64,000 nucleotides of DNA, taken from positions 122,953 to 186,952 of the forward strand of contig MU619240.1 of assembly GCA_025201805.1 (NCBI GenBank), in the 5' to 3' direction. The position numbers were made by a program, and so were the translations under genes. This document shows, one piece after another, positions 41,025 through 54,530 of this stretch (within the stretch, counting starts at the first letter, position 1; each line of letters begins with the position of its first letter). The notes beneath the pieces were generated by a model. It made no database searches. It saw only the letters and a program-made list of their open reading frames with translations, and was not told the DNA's origin. The stretch comes from Parasitella parasitica NRRL 2501. Lineage: Eukaryota; Fungi; Mucoromycota.

Positions 41025-42334
41025 TTATTTCTTTTCGTCAGCTTCAGGTTTTTTTTCTTCAATGTGGACACCAAATTGCTTCTTTCTTGAAACAATATTC
41101 CAGTAGTATTGCCAACCGAAAGATCCCAAAGTGAGGACAATAACAAAAGCAAGCATGACATAAACGGGGGTTCTGATAATGTATACATTGACATGGTTTT
41201 TGTTGCCATCAAATACAGATAAAAAAGCGTTGATCAGACCAGTATGAATAAATAAGTCCAGGCCCAGTATAAGCAAATATCCGCCAGTGAATGCTGTACA
41301 GAATATGACAATGTAGCTTTCAGCGAGAATCAGCAGGATGCCAAACACAACGCCCATGCCTACTATAAAACAAATGCGTGCCACGGCCTTCAGTATTGAA
41401 AAAATGCTTAGTGTTTGTTTGAATTTTAGAGCACAATTTCTTTTGAACACTTACAATCTGGATCACCAAATTTTCCTTCCATGATAAAATGAACACTGCA
41501 AGGAATAGACCAGCAAGGCCTCCAATGAAATACAGTGAAACACCAAATAAGAAAATAAACATAAAAGCACCAACAAGGCCAAGTCCAACGCTGACACAAA
41601 TGTATACAATCTCATTGTGGGGGTACCCATACAGAGGTTCATTGTTGACAAGGCCAATCCATGTCATAAGAGCTGTATTAAAGATTATATCAGGCTCTGT
41701 TCAATACGCATCAGCTAATATGTATTTACCGAAAAATACAAAGCCAACTGCTGCCAAAGTACCTCGGAAGGAACTAAAGCCAAATATCAAAAAGTAAAGA
41801 CCTATCAGCATTATGACAATGCCAGTGAAGCCCTGAGCGACAGAAATGCCGTATCCGTACGTGTCTACAAAACTGCCCATGTCAACATAAAGCCCATTAA
41901 GATACACAGCAAGACTTACGCCATAGGTAGGTGCTCCAACATTTATCATCACATGTAGCTTTCTTTCCTCCGCTATTACTGCTCTTGGTAGTGGTCTTTG
42001 CTTTTGTTGCAGTAACCGTTTTGGTGACAGTTTTAACATTTCCATTTCCACAGTAGACAGTACTAGTTATAGTTTGCCAGAGATTGTTAAGACCAGAAAC
42101 AACAACTTTTGCGTTGTTATCATGTTTGCTGTTGCAATCATTAGCCCAATTTTCATATAAAATTAAGGATTCTTCTAAGTCTCTTTTTATAAATCTGGCA
42201 GCAGGTGTAGGAGAGCCTTGGTTTCTCTTCATGATTGCTCCTCCATCCGCTGTGCGAGTTGGTTGTGGTGGTTGAATTACAATTGCATGAACAACAGTAG
42301 ACACTAATAATAGTAACAATAAATGCAATCTCAT
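41025..42334 (-). CDS. Multi-pass membrane protein, TM7S3/TMEM198 (DUF4203)-like, with signal peptide
   Basis: MRLHLLLLLLV signal peptide; IGLYFLIFGFSSFR, GGLAGLFLA, TAFTGGYLLILGLDLF; four exons. Confidence 0.75.
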
Positions 42335-42819
42335 TATAATCTAAATCAGATGAAAAACAATGAATCATGATAACAGCAGGAAATCCTTTGGGTTTTATAT
42401 ATCAAGCAAATGTTTTCAGACTTCCATTAATACTTTAATGTGTAACTGCTTGTTGGATGCATTTTGAGACTTTCCTTATTAAGAGCAATGTTTTTCAATT
42501 GCAAGGCATGAATGTCATTATATATAGAACAGGGTATTGTTGTATCACATTACAAAAAGAGTCAATCATTTTTATTAGACTATACATAATACATAGTGTA
42601 TTCGATTAAACATGCGAACCCATGGACTTAAATGCAAGATATCCATTTGTTTTATACATGTTTATAGGCCACTGCAATGGAGGAGGAGGGAGCAAGAGGA
42701 TGTGACTCGAAGGGGATGCTTCAACAGTGGCTTTTCTGGTAGTACATATCAATTTTTTCAGACGACCGCAGTGTAATCTCTGTTTCTTCACAAACTTCAA
42801 CATCAACAGCAAGAAAGCA

Positions 42820-43864
42820 ATGGTAAACACAAAGCGCAAGCCCTCAAGTATCTGTCCTGAATGCGGTTCCCAAGTAGAGCGATATATCATTAATACTGAT
42901 TGCGAAATTAGCATGTGCGAAAGTGTAAATGTAAGTATTTTGTAGTTTTATAAAAACGCAAAGCCTTATACTGAAGATTCTCGTTTAGTGTAGCTATCCG
43001 TTTAATGAACAAAGTGGAGAGGGGCTTAGTATTGAGACTCCCAACACAAGTTTCATACGGTACAGTAAAACAAATAGTAAAGCATCATCGTTATCTAACA
43101 CTGTTGCAGTGCCAACACCAGACGATGATAATAATGCTAAATCTGCAAAGAAAGCTAGAACTAGCTCATATAAGCTTGCTTCAAGCTTTTCTTCTGAAAA
43201 GAAGCAGAAAGATAAATTAAATTTAACAAAACCATCAACTTCTGATGTAAAAAAGTCAAGCGAGCATGTAGCACCAGCAACACCACTTGGAGGTGCTAAA
43301 GTTGGGTTACATATCAGTACTTTTACACATACCCAAGAGCAATCCCAAGTCATATCGACTACGTCGTTTACTCCACCTCCTGAAACAGATTATCAGGAGT
43401 CAAAGTCATCAGTATCATCAGCATCTGCTTCAACATCAGCATCACCAATTACAGCCGTATTCTCACCGCCATCATCTTCTTCAGCGTTGAACTTGTTTGA
43501 GTTTGCATTGCCATCGCCAACTAGCGAGACTTTGTCAAGTCAACTAGATAATAGTGAGTTAATCGCAGGATATGACCCTGTAATTACAAACTTACTAAAC
43601 TACTATGCAGACATAACACAGAAGGCTCCTTCGCCGGTTAAACCGACTGATATCACAAGCATCACTGCTGGCTTATGTTTACCCCCAATAGCTGCCGCCA
43701 GAGTTGCCAAGGTTCCTGCAAGCAATATTTCATCTGTTCATGACTATACCCTAGGTGACATAGAATCTCTTCTTTCAGCTGACAATGTGGACCCTCCTTT
43801 ACAAAATAACTCTCAAATTGAAGAACTGTCCTGGATGGAAGATTACAACGACCTTTTTTTGTGA
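42820..43864 (+). CDS. Protein with N-terminal C4 zinc ribbon and S/P-rich disordered tail
   Basis: Exon 42820-42930, intron 42931-42988, exon 42989-43864 give ICPECGSQVERYIINTDCEISMCESVNCSYPF. Basic NLS-like segments and an acidic-hydrophobic C-terminus. Confidence 0.75.
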
Positions 43865-44730
43865 TTTTTGCCATCAATGTCAATACGGATTGAACATTTA
43901 CTTTCCTGCAAGTAATAAAGCAAAGCATTTACAGAGTAAATTGGCTTGCCAAAATGGTTATATTTGAATTTTTTTGTCATTTTTCACGGTTTCATCGTGG
44001 ATCTCAACAAGATTGAGTAGCTTTCTTTTGCTCACTGTGGTTAGCAATAGGCCTTTTTTTTATTTTTTATTTTTTGTCAGATGTGATATGATATGATTTG
44101 AATGTTTATTGAGCAAAACGAGTTTTATAGAAAGTGATCAATACATACATTCTACATGGGAGAACTTTATTTATCTTGAAGAAATACAAGTCTTTCCGTA
44201 GATGGCTCTTGATTTGTAACTCGAGGCTATCGTGCTCTGCTTTTTATGCTTATGCATTGATTTCAAGTGAAGACTTGAGCCGCAAATCCTGAGTAATCAA
44301 ATATACGCTTCATTGTCCATTAGAACATACTGAGCAACGCATAAGCTTGAATACCATGTTAAAATTTGGTATTATATGATTCCTCCAACATCAGTTAATC
44401 AATTCTCAGAAAGTCTTTTCTTTTTGGCTACATTTTGATTTCAACTAATTAAGTAGCCAGAAAAGCTGAAGCGATGAGAATGGGCGATACATTAGAGTGT
44501 TCACAGCTACCTGCATTTGACATCTGCTTCCCAAATAGCCCTTGTACGATGTTTTCAGTGTTGCATTAATAGTTTTTTTCGTCGTCTCTTCATCTTTCCA
44601 AGTGCTTATTGTCCTGGCTCAAGAGTCAAATGAGAGCTACCACGTCTCTAGGCAACACAATCAAGTGTAGATCCATCAAAAGCACATTCAAAAGAGTCAC
44701 CTGCACTCAGCCACCTTTCAAACCCTTTTG

Positions 44731-44733
<3 letters not shown>

Positions 44734-44789
<56 letters not shown>
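44734..44789. repeat. Poly(T) homopolymer (56 nt) upstream of POL5
   Basis: Directly visible, ending 46 nt before the ATG. Confidence 0.9.
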
Positions 44790-44790
<1 letters not shown>

Positions 44791-44835
44791 TTCTGTTTGG
44801 TCTTTTGACATCTTGAAGTTTATTAAACCAATATA

Positions 44836-47800
44836 ATGGCTACTACCACACTTCAACTGTATTGGGATCTTGCCTCTTTCGATCCCAGTGCCAGAAAAAC
44901 AGCAGTGCTATCTCTCATCAAGACTTTGGCCGATTTCCAAAAGAATCATGAGGAAACCTTGGATGTCAAAAATGACATTGCAGATACCGAGGAAAAGCTG
45001 GACCTCCTCTGTGCTTCCGATGTTTCTTATGCTGTCCGTCGTTTGCTTCGTGGTCTTCCGTCTTCTAGACAAGGTGCTCGTCAAGGCTTCTCTCTGGCAT
45101 TGACCGAAGTATGTCACTGATCCCTCCCGATGCTAACATTTCACTCATTTCACATCAATCTTTCTTCAATTTGTAGCTTCTTGCCATTGTTGATGTTGTT
45201 TCCGCCAAGTTGGTACTCGATCTTTTATTTCAATACACAGAGCGAACTGGATCTATGAGTGGTGACGAGACTCGTGATATGTTGTTTGGTCGACTGTTTG
45301 GTTTAATGTCCATTGTTGCTGCAGGTATGCTTGCCAGATCTTCTACTACCACGCAAGATATTGTGCGAATTGTTGAGAGCCTACATGAAATGGCTAAATG
45401 CAAGTCTTACCTTGCGGAAGTATGCCACCATGTCGTTATCAACACTCTTCCTCATGTAAGTTAATTTTGTGTGTCGTTGATGGATCTCTATGCTTAATGC
45501 TGACATGTCAATGTCAATCTCATAGTTGAGGAATACAGAGCATCAGATAGAGGTTGTAGAGAAAATCAAGGAACTGTTCTTGGAAGGCCCTATCGTCAAC
45601 GTGGATCAACTCAATCTTGTCCTCGCTATTCAACAAAAGCTTGAAAATGTCGATCTATCTGCTCAGTTAGTTAACTTGAAGAGCGCAACCATCTTGGATG
45701 CCGCCAATTTGAACATTTTAGCAAGCATTCTTAGAGAGATTCCAGTAGACACTCAAGAGGCTTTAGCTGATTGGAAGCCTCAACTTCACTCTGTTTGGGA
45801 TCCCATACTCGCTGTTTATTTTAAAAAGTCTCAGCCCAAAAACATTGCCTCTTTTCAGGAATTCTGGACGGTTGCTGTTGACAGTAAGTGCTGGATGGGA
45901 TGCTATAACCACACAAAATTATGTATTGATATCGGTACTAGACACTATGTTTGAAAATAACGCTTCCCATGGTCGTAAGTATTGGGGCTTTCAACTCGTT
46001 GAAAAGGTTTTGCGCCGTCTTTCAGCCGAGCAAATGCCATTGATCTTTACCAGAAATTTTATGAGAACTTTTATCAACAACTTGTCTTCTGAGGATCGCT
46101 TCTTGAACAGAGCTGCAAGACATACTGTAGGTATAATTTAGTATCAAACTCACGCACATACTAAATGGAACCTTTTCATGCAGGCTCAAGTTATTCAAGA
46201 TGCCGCAGAGGAAAATAAGCAAGTTGGCTTTGCACTGATTACCCAACTTTTGGGCGATAATGGCCACCAAAATTTTGACCGTATCACTCATACAAAGACT
46301 GTTGAAAACTTGCTGACTGCCATGGACACTCAGGGCATCAAGTCTTATCTTGAATACCTCGCACAAACGTTCATAAAGACTGATGACAGCTCTAGCAACT
46401 CTAATCGTGAATGGGCCTTGACACAAATGACATTGTTGGTCACTAACGCAAAAATCCCCAAGGAAGAGGATTGGGTCACTCAACTTGTACAATTCTTGAT
46501 GATTCATGCGTTCTTTGAGGTCAAGTCTGCAGACAAGTCCAAGTCTTATTTGACTGGGCTTCACAAGCCTGCTCCTGCATTGTCGGATGCTACCGTCAAG
46601 CTTTGTCAAACCCGTTTCCAAACTGTTCTTGTCGCACTTAGCAAGCTGCCTCCTATGAAACAGGCAGCTACTGCTCCCATCAAGACTCGTAAATTAAATG
46701 GTATTACAAATGATGGCGAATTATGGGTTTACCAAGCTTTTGAAATCTATCAAAGTCTTCAAAAAAACAAGAAACTAACTTCTCGTGTCAACCCTTCAAC
46801 CAAGACTCGCGAAGCTACTGACAAGGCTGTCAAGATTACGAAAGAACTTCGAGGCAAGATTGCTAAATTGGACAAGAGCCAAGTTCATGACAGTGTCGAA
46901 CGTGGTTTTGAAATCCTTTTTCTCAACATCTTACTTCATACTTTGATCAATGAAGCTGAAGGCGTTTCTGTTTTGGCTGAATTAATCGACTGTTATGAAA
47001 AAACTTTCAGTGCGCCTAAAAATACACAGAAGAAGAAGGCTAAGAAAAGCCAACAAGATGGGGAGGAAGAGCAACTTGACCCTATCGATGTTATTGTAGA
47101 TATTCTTATCTCTTTCTTGACCAACGAATCTCCTGTCCTCAAAAACCTTGCTGAACAAGTATTCGAGATTTTCTCTCACAAACTGACAAGGCAATCTATT
47201 GAGATGCTTCTCAATATTTTATCTAGTGGCGAAAATAAGCATGACGGCGGCGAGCTCTTTGGAGATAATGAGGAAGATTCTGAAGACGATGACGTTGAGA
47301 TGATTGACATGGATGACATTGATGAAGTTGAATCAGAGGATGATGAGGGTGACGTTGATGAAGAGCTTCGTCAAAAGGTCGAAGAAGCTATGAGGGCTCA
47401 AGGCGTCCACGCTGTCGATGATTCAGATGAAGAGCTGGACGATGATGCCATGGCTGCCTTTGATGAAAAGTTGGCCGAAGTCTTTAAACAAAAGAAGATT
47501 GCTAAAAATGAAAAGATTACGATGCAGCAAAACGTCATCCATTTCAAGAACAACGTTATGGGGCTGATAGTCATTTATGCCCGCAAGAATCCTACCAACC
47601 CTCTTGTACTGACGTTGATTGTGCCTCTTTTGAACATTATCCGTGCTACGCCCTCAAAATCTGTCACCAACCAATTTGTTGAAAAGATTGTTGCTTTCTT
47701 AAAGAATCGTCTCTCCAAGTCTCCTGAATATCCCAAAGAACAAGCCGACTATGTGTTTGATGTTGTTCAAGCCGTGCACGACTTTGCCAGGCAATCTACA

Positions 47801-48505
47801 TCAAAAGAACTTTCCGAAATGTGCAACCACCTGTCCCTGTATCTGCGCAAATGTATTCTTGGCGGTTCTGATTTCGAGATCAGCAAAGAAACACCTGCAA
47901 ATACCAGGAAAGCTGCTGAAAAGTTCAATGCCATTTACAGCGATTCAGCCAAATCGTATTTAAGCAAAAAGTCTACGCCTTACCATCCTAGCATCATCCA
48001 GCAGATGTTGCAACGTTACCCTCTGAGTTCTTGGGACATTCTCGAAACTCTTGCAACATTTTTGGACCGTGCCCAGTGTGCCAATATCTATAGACTCTCC
48101 ATGGCATGCAAATGGACAACTGTTATCATTCAACGTACTGTTGGCAAGAAATCAGATGTATATAATGAAAAATTCCTCGACTTGGTTCCCAAGATTGCCG
48201 AATCAGTGAAATCTACCATTGAGCTATCTTTAAAGAACCAAGACAAAGCATTAGACTATGAAAATATGAAGAATTATTTAAGATTCGTGACATTGATTGT
48301 TAGACTTCACAAAAAGGTTGCACCAGAGACAGTGGATGTAGGTTGCGTATGTTAGTTTGTTTTCCTGTTACTGACCATCTTATTATCTATTTAGCTGAAA
48401 AAGGTGTGGGATACTGAATTAATCGCATCAATTGGAAACAATGAGACATTTGCCAAACCCGCTATTTCAGCATCGTGTAAATCCTTGGAACAGCTTTGGG
48501 CTTGA
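44836..48505 (+). CDS. POL5: Pol5/MYBBP1A (DNA polymerase phi-like rRNA factor)
   Basis: LQLYWDLAS, YAVRRLLRGLPSSRQGARQGFSLALTE, RDMLFGRLFG, SHGRKYWGF, acidic linker, MAAFDEKLAEVFK, HFKNNV. Last exon 48394-48505. Confidence 0.93.
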
Positions 48506-48893
48506 AGAGCTTCGCTTTCCTGTTCCCTGAATAACGTATAAAGTAAATAATAAAGACTACATAAAAATGCATAATCTATCTGTATGAATTATCTTTTCGC
48601 TTTTATATGCTTGTTCAACTAGCTACTGGATCTTTAACAATAAACCAGTTCAAACTACTGGGCTAGCGCGTCTTTCTAGCTCAAGAGGTCTTTTACATTT
48701 AGCTTTACAAGAACATCAGCACTGTTGCTTTGATTTTTTGGTTTCACAGGCAACTACAGTTTCATTGGGCAGCCAAGCTTTGTGACATAGTTTACTTGAG
48801 TTTTCTTTATTCTCTCATGTCCTTTTGATTGAGCTCTCCTCATTTTTTCCCTTTTTTACCAGTTCTTTTGCGGCAGCAGACTAAAAATTCAAG

Positions 48894-50082
48894 ATGGCTC
48901 TTTTTGTCGGTAGAATCCCCAGAGAAATGAACAATGTATTCTTGGTTTAAGCTATAAATATTGCTTTGATGTTAACGTATTCTCCAATGTTCAGCGTGAT
49001 CTCGAAAATACTTTTACAAAGTATGGCAAAATCACTCGTCTTGACGTCAAGAAAGGTATTTTTTTTTTTTAAACAGACTGCATTTATTGGTGCATTAAAT
49101 TGTATTCTATTCAAGGCTTTGGCTTTGTAGAGTATGAGGACAAGCGTGATGCCGAAGATGCCATTAAAGGCATCAACGAAGGAGGCGTACGTAACATGGT
49201 TCCTGACAATTCAGATCTGGTTAAATTGAACCCCAAAATACAATAGGAACTTGTTGTTGAATGGGCCAAGAACGGTGGTAAAAGACCCGGAGAAAATGAG
49301 TGTTTCCATTGTGGCAAAGAAGGTAAGCACCAGCAACTCATGGTTGATTGCTTGCAACTCATGCTTTGAATGGATAGGCCATTGGGCCAGAGATTGTCCT
49401 GAAGGAGGTCGTGGAGGTCGTGTAGGAGGAGGAGGGGGAGGAGGAGCTGGCCGTGGAGACTTTGGCCGTGACAGGTCTCCTCGACGTGATGGAGGACGTG
49501 GAAATGACCGCGACAGAAGGTATAGCTTTTTCCCAGTCAAATAATCAGAATTTATCAGTTCCAGTCCAGTGTGTGTAAAAAAATTGTGAACACAACTTGA
49601 TACCACATTACTTGATGTTGTTTATTTTGTTATGTGAAATCCCCAGTCTCTGACCACAATCCTTTGGTATTTTTTATTTTTTATATCCTGATTTGGCTCT
49701 TTTGATCTGCATTCAAACCTTTGCTTTGTAATTTTGTAAGTATATTTTGATGCAAAGATTTGATTTGGCTTAACCAAAAAAAAAAAAAAAAACTTTCTTT
49801 TTTTATAATAGCTAATGAATTAGAGATCCCCGAAGTTTTGATCGTCGCCGTGAGGATCGCAATGGTCGCGACAGATCTCCCCGTCGTGATGACTTTCGTG
49901 ACAGAGGTGAAAGAGGTGAAAGACGCTTCGAAAGACGTGATGACAATGACAGAAGAGGAGATGACCGTGGAGATCGTGGGGGCCGTGGTGGAAACCGTGG
50001 TGAACGTCGGGATTTTGTGCCTAGAGAGGATCGTCGCCGCGATGATGATCGCACACACGCTGAGAGAGATCGATTTGAATAG
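48894..50082 (+). CDS. SR splicing factor, SRSF3/SRSF7-like (RRM + CCHC knuckle + RS/RD/RGG tail)
   Basis: Exons 48894-48935, 48995-49055, 49116-49186, 49247-49322, 49378-49519, 49824-50082. MALFVGRI, GFGFVEYEDKRDAEDAI, CFHCGKEGHWARDC, RDRSPRRD. Confidence 0.9.
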
Positions 50083-51231
50083 ATGATAGTTTTTGCATCA
50101 TGCTAGGGTTATAAATTATATGTTAGTACTTTTTTCTTTTTTTTTATTCTTTTTAATTTTCACCTCTTATAATCTTATATTTCTCTTCATCACTATATTT
50201 ACTACATTTTACGAATAAAAATATTTTATTTATTAAACCAAGGCGATCAATCACAAACTTTTCAATTTGAAAAGATGCATTTGAAGTGTCGAATGCATAA
50301 TTTCGCATTTTTGTTGTTTTTATAGTGTTCCCATATATTGTTACAAGGTATCTCAGATGTTTCTTCACCCACGCTTAAAGATAACCATGCTTATTTACTT
50401 GCATGTTTTCGGTGATAATCTAGCTTCAAATGTATAGACTCAAAATGGGGATAACCATAAATGATCTTTTAGAGCTCGCTATCATGCACATGTCTGGCAT
50501 TCCGTACAGCTTTGTGTATTTTTACCCAAGGATCGCGCAATTAGAATATTAGAACATCATTGTTTCCATGTTCAGTTTGAAACACCCGTCAATTTCAGCG
50601 CGACTTCTAAAAAGGGACAGAATATGTACACGTCTAATAAAAGCAGAACAATAGAGAGCAAACCATGTGTGTGAACACTAAAGTTTGAGTGCTGACGCCA
50701 TGACCACTGGCTTGTATTACAGTGCTACTAAATGGAAATGACATTACAGATCTAAATATTTCACAAAGAGCTCTAATTCATGGAAAATGCCAAGTGTAAT
50801 GCGATTTTTGCATGTAGCACTCTTTTGAAAACACATGTATAATTCGCTTCCTGAATTATAGGATTGGTTCAGGACGCACTATCCACATGTTGAGCGTTGT
50901 TGTCATTGGTAAATGCTGTCAATTCAAGCAATGGTGGATACACAGTGTATCTCCCAACAAGTTTTTTGGGAAGCACACATGACATCAAAAAATCACATAT
51001 AATATTGCGCATAGCCATTTACATCATTGCATCTGGCTTCTTTCTCTTTTTTCTTTCTTTCTCTTTTTTCTTTTTCTATTTTTCTTGTAGATAAACAACT
51101 GTTCGGCAAATGACATATCCTATAGCAAGTATACAAAAATACAAACATGAAAACGGTTATATATCTAATGAATTCAGTAGAGCACCATCGATTCATGGCT
51201 CGGGCCGCCAGCCGAATTCAAGCGCGACAAA

Positions 51232-54200
51232 ATGCTGACAAGAGAATTACCATCATCCCTTTTGTCCAATCTATCATCAATATTTGCTCGTACGGTAGCC
51301 TATTGTAACTTGACCAAACAAGAAGCATTGGTATATGTGACAATAATAATTGCCCCATTTAGTAACACAGGAATAACATTCACACTTATATAGGACACAA
51401 TTGGCTATTTTCTCTACGAATATCAAGACATCATCCATTCACAGCTGCTGGATAGCCTCATAGATCACGGGTTTTTGACTCTTGTAAATGCATCACATTT
51501 ACAGATCAATTACGGTATAAATGTTTCTAGCATATTCACACCACTTACAAGATGCTATTCACCGTCATGTCAACCCAATGACGCATCATGTTACTCAGCT
51601 TTATGTCCAAACAAGCGCATGTCAAGTCTGCTACATATTTGCAATGCACAGCAGCAGCAGCAGGTTTCACAAACAGATTGGATTTCAACTATACCAAATC
51701 ATGTTAGAGATTCCATAAGCAGGAAAGAGCTGAAAAGACAAGCGGGCATTGCAGAGTTACTGTCCACAGAACAGAATCATGGCCATGACCTTGATATCCT
51801 GCACCGTATTTACGCAATTCCACTACTGGAATCCAATGAAATCATTGAAAACCCGTCAAGGAGACAGAGGTTCTACAATAATGTATTTGGAAACTACCTG
51901 GATATCACGCATTTGCATCATTCGTTCTATCAGCGACTCGCATCTCACAACAGGCACTCGGGTTTCTTTATAGGCCGTGTTGGCACCATCATCCTGCAGC
52001 ATATAACCAACTTGATTGAGCCCTACATCCAGTACGCATCCAACCATGTCAAGGCCATCTACTGCATGACCATTGAGCACAAGAATAACCCCCACTTTGC
52101 ATTGTTTTTGGAATCGCAAAACGCAAAGAAATGCACCAGGAGACTAGGCCTTCGACACTATCTGACATCGCCCACTTTATGGATGGGGAAATTAAAGTTG
52201 CTGATAGAAGCAATACTCAAAAATACAGTGGATGATGCTGATCAGTTATCACTAAAAGCGACATTGGCCATTCTGCATGACACACTGTGCCGCATGAATA
52301 GCTCGGCTACAGCCAATAGCTCTCCGGAAGATTTCAGATTTGAGGAACTATCCACATCAATATACTGTGGACAGCAGGCCGAGTTGCATCTACTACCATT
52401 ACCTGACAATTGCACGCTTATAAAAGAAGCGGCCGTATGGCTTGCGCGCTCAACGCACCCTCTTCAGCCGTCCCTATGTCATTTAATCTTGTTTTCGCAT
52501 GCGCTGATCCTTACGCATCCCAAAGTAACAGACGGCAGGACCGAATACATTGTCATACAAAGCATTCCAATCCAAATGCTGTTTATCGACTCTAATGTCT
52601 CGTCAATGATTCGCCGCATCTCATTTGCCTCCACATCCATGGTATCAACGCCATTCCATCTCATCAATAACCTGCGTCGTCAGAAAAGCATCAATTCAGA
52701 AGCATCATCCAGCAGCGATAGTGCCAATAGCACGGACTTGTCAAATACGACCAGCACCTTGTTGGACAAAAGTAACGCAACAGGAGCCGCTGCAGCATGT
52801 CCAAAACATGTGCGTACAGTCGCAATATCCAAACCAAAGAGCTCGGGTTTGATGCCATTTCAAATTAAAACAAAGCTATCCAAACTCAAGAGCAACTTTA
52901 GATGGAGTACCAGCTTCTCAGTCCCCGCTTCACCTACAGCTTCAGGTGACTCAACTGAAGTCTCTGTTGCACGCCGCGACTCTGCACCTGCCCTGCTATT
53001 TTCAAAACGAAAAGACGAGCAGTTTGATACAGGTTTTCCTCTTGATCGGCAAAGAAAGCAAAAGGAACAGCAGCAAAGCAGGCAGCAGCAACAGCAGCAA
53101 AGAAGAACGCTCAAGATCAGTCATATGGCCTATCCTGAGAATTCTTCTAAACTCGAGTTTTTATCAAGGTCTGATAGACTGGTTTGGGAAAATCTGATAC
53201 GAAATACTTGCCTGGTCATGGAGAAGGAAAACGAAGTCTTTAAGAAAAAGATTATGTTTAAATCGCTATCTACCATGCGTGCAGGAGCACAGCAGCGTAA
53301 TGCGAATAGCAGTAGTGCACAATCAGCCAATGTTGCAGATATGGCAAGAATCAGATGTAGTTTTGCGTTTGGTAGGGCTATTTCTTTGACCGTCATAGTA
53401 TATAAATATATACTAAAATGTGATGATAGTTTATTCAAACAAGAGTGCAGACATGCACAAACATCTCGTTGGATTTGGCACTCCTTGCGGCTTATGGGTT
53501 GGCTTTCGCGATGGTTTAACTGCACCTCACCTTGTTTTGCCCCACGCAAACATTCAGAAAATAGCAGTTTTAAGCGATAAACTTATCATGCAAGTACATG
53601 ATAACAAGCAGCACATGCTCATCGCTTACGATATCAAGCCTTTGATCGAAGACCAACATATGGACTGGTGCATGATTAAACGTTCTTCTGTTATTTGCTT
53701 CACAGTAGGCCGAATCAGAAGCCAGCCTGTCATCGTGTATCTTACCAAGCGCTTGCAAACAACTTGGCTGGTCATCATTGTCCGAAATGAAAAGCCGTAC
53801 GCCAAAAACCACTGGTACAAAAAGTATAGGACCGAGTACTCAGTCTCTGTCAAGGAACCCAGCGAAATCCAAATCATTCAAGATGCTGTGTTTGTCAGAT
53901 CTGAGCGTTACGGTGTAGAGCGAATGGATATATTCAGGGAACCCTCTGCTATTTTGAACCCCATGCCTTATTGGGTATTTCTCGGAGCGAATATAGGTCT
54001 GATTTCATACAAGGACAAAGGAATTGTATGCGACAGTCAACATGCTTATTCTATATCCTTGTTTGAAAGCAACAGCGCACTTGTAAAGATCAAATTTGAG
54101 TGTCAAGCACAACAAGTGGCTGTTGTATATCCTTTTTTGATTGCATTTTCGTCCAATGTCATTGAAGTCAGAAATATAGAAACGGTGAGTGGTTTTATAC

Positions 54201-54383
54201 ATTTTCGTTCTTGTTCGTCCCGCTAACAAATGCTTCCAGACCGAATTGATCCAAGCTATCCGAGGTCAGCGCATTAAATTTATCTCTACGACTAGTGATT
54301 GCAGCCAGCCTCTGTATTACACAATGGCAAACCCAGCAAATCCAAGAATAACGTCTGTGTATCAGTTACAACTAGCATTATAA
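51232..54383 (+). CDS. Rom2/Rgf-type Rho GEF (degenerate DEP, DH, PH, CNH)
   Basis: Exon 51232-51330 splices to 51394. LTRCYSPSC...CYSALCP, ELKRQAGIAELLSTE, VFGNYLDI; CNH-like YPFLIAFSSNVIEVRNIET. Confidence 0.8.
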
Positions 54384-54530
54384 AGTTTATTAATTACACA
54401 TGAGATAGTCGTAGGGAAAAATAAATAAAAAGAGAATTTGTAAATATGTATAACAGGAGGTTTGGTATGAATTAATATATGAAGGTGTTTTGATAGCTTG
54501 CTTATTTGTTTGTTTACAGGGTTAAATATT

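Noticed and set aside
44150-44620. Minus-strand segment with intron-like GT-AG signals upstream of POL5
   Set aside because: Every spliced frame I tried hits stops, and I recognise no protein.
51168-51308. Out-of-frame ATG ORF overlapping the RhoGEF start
   Set aside because: May lie upstream of the TSS; no supporting motif.
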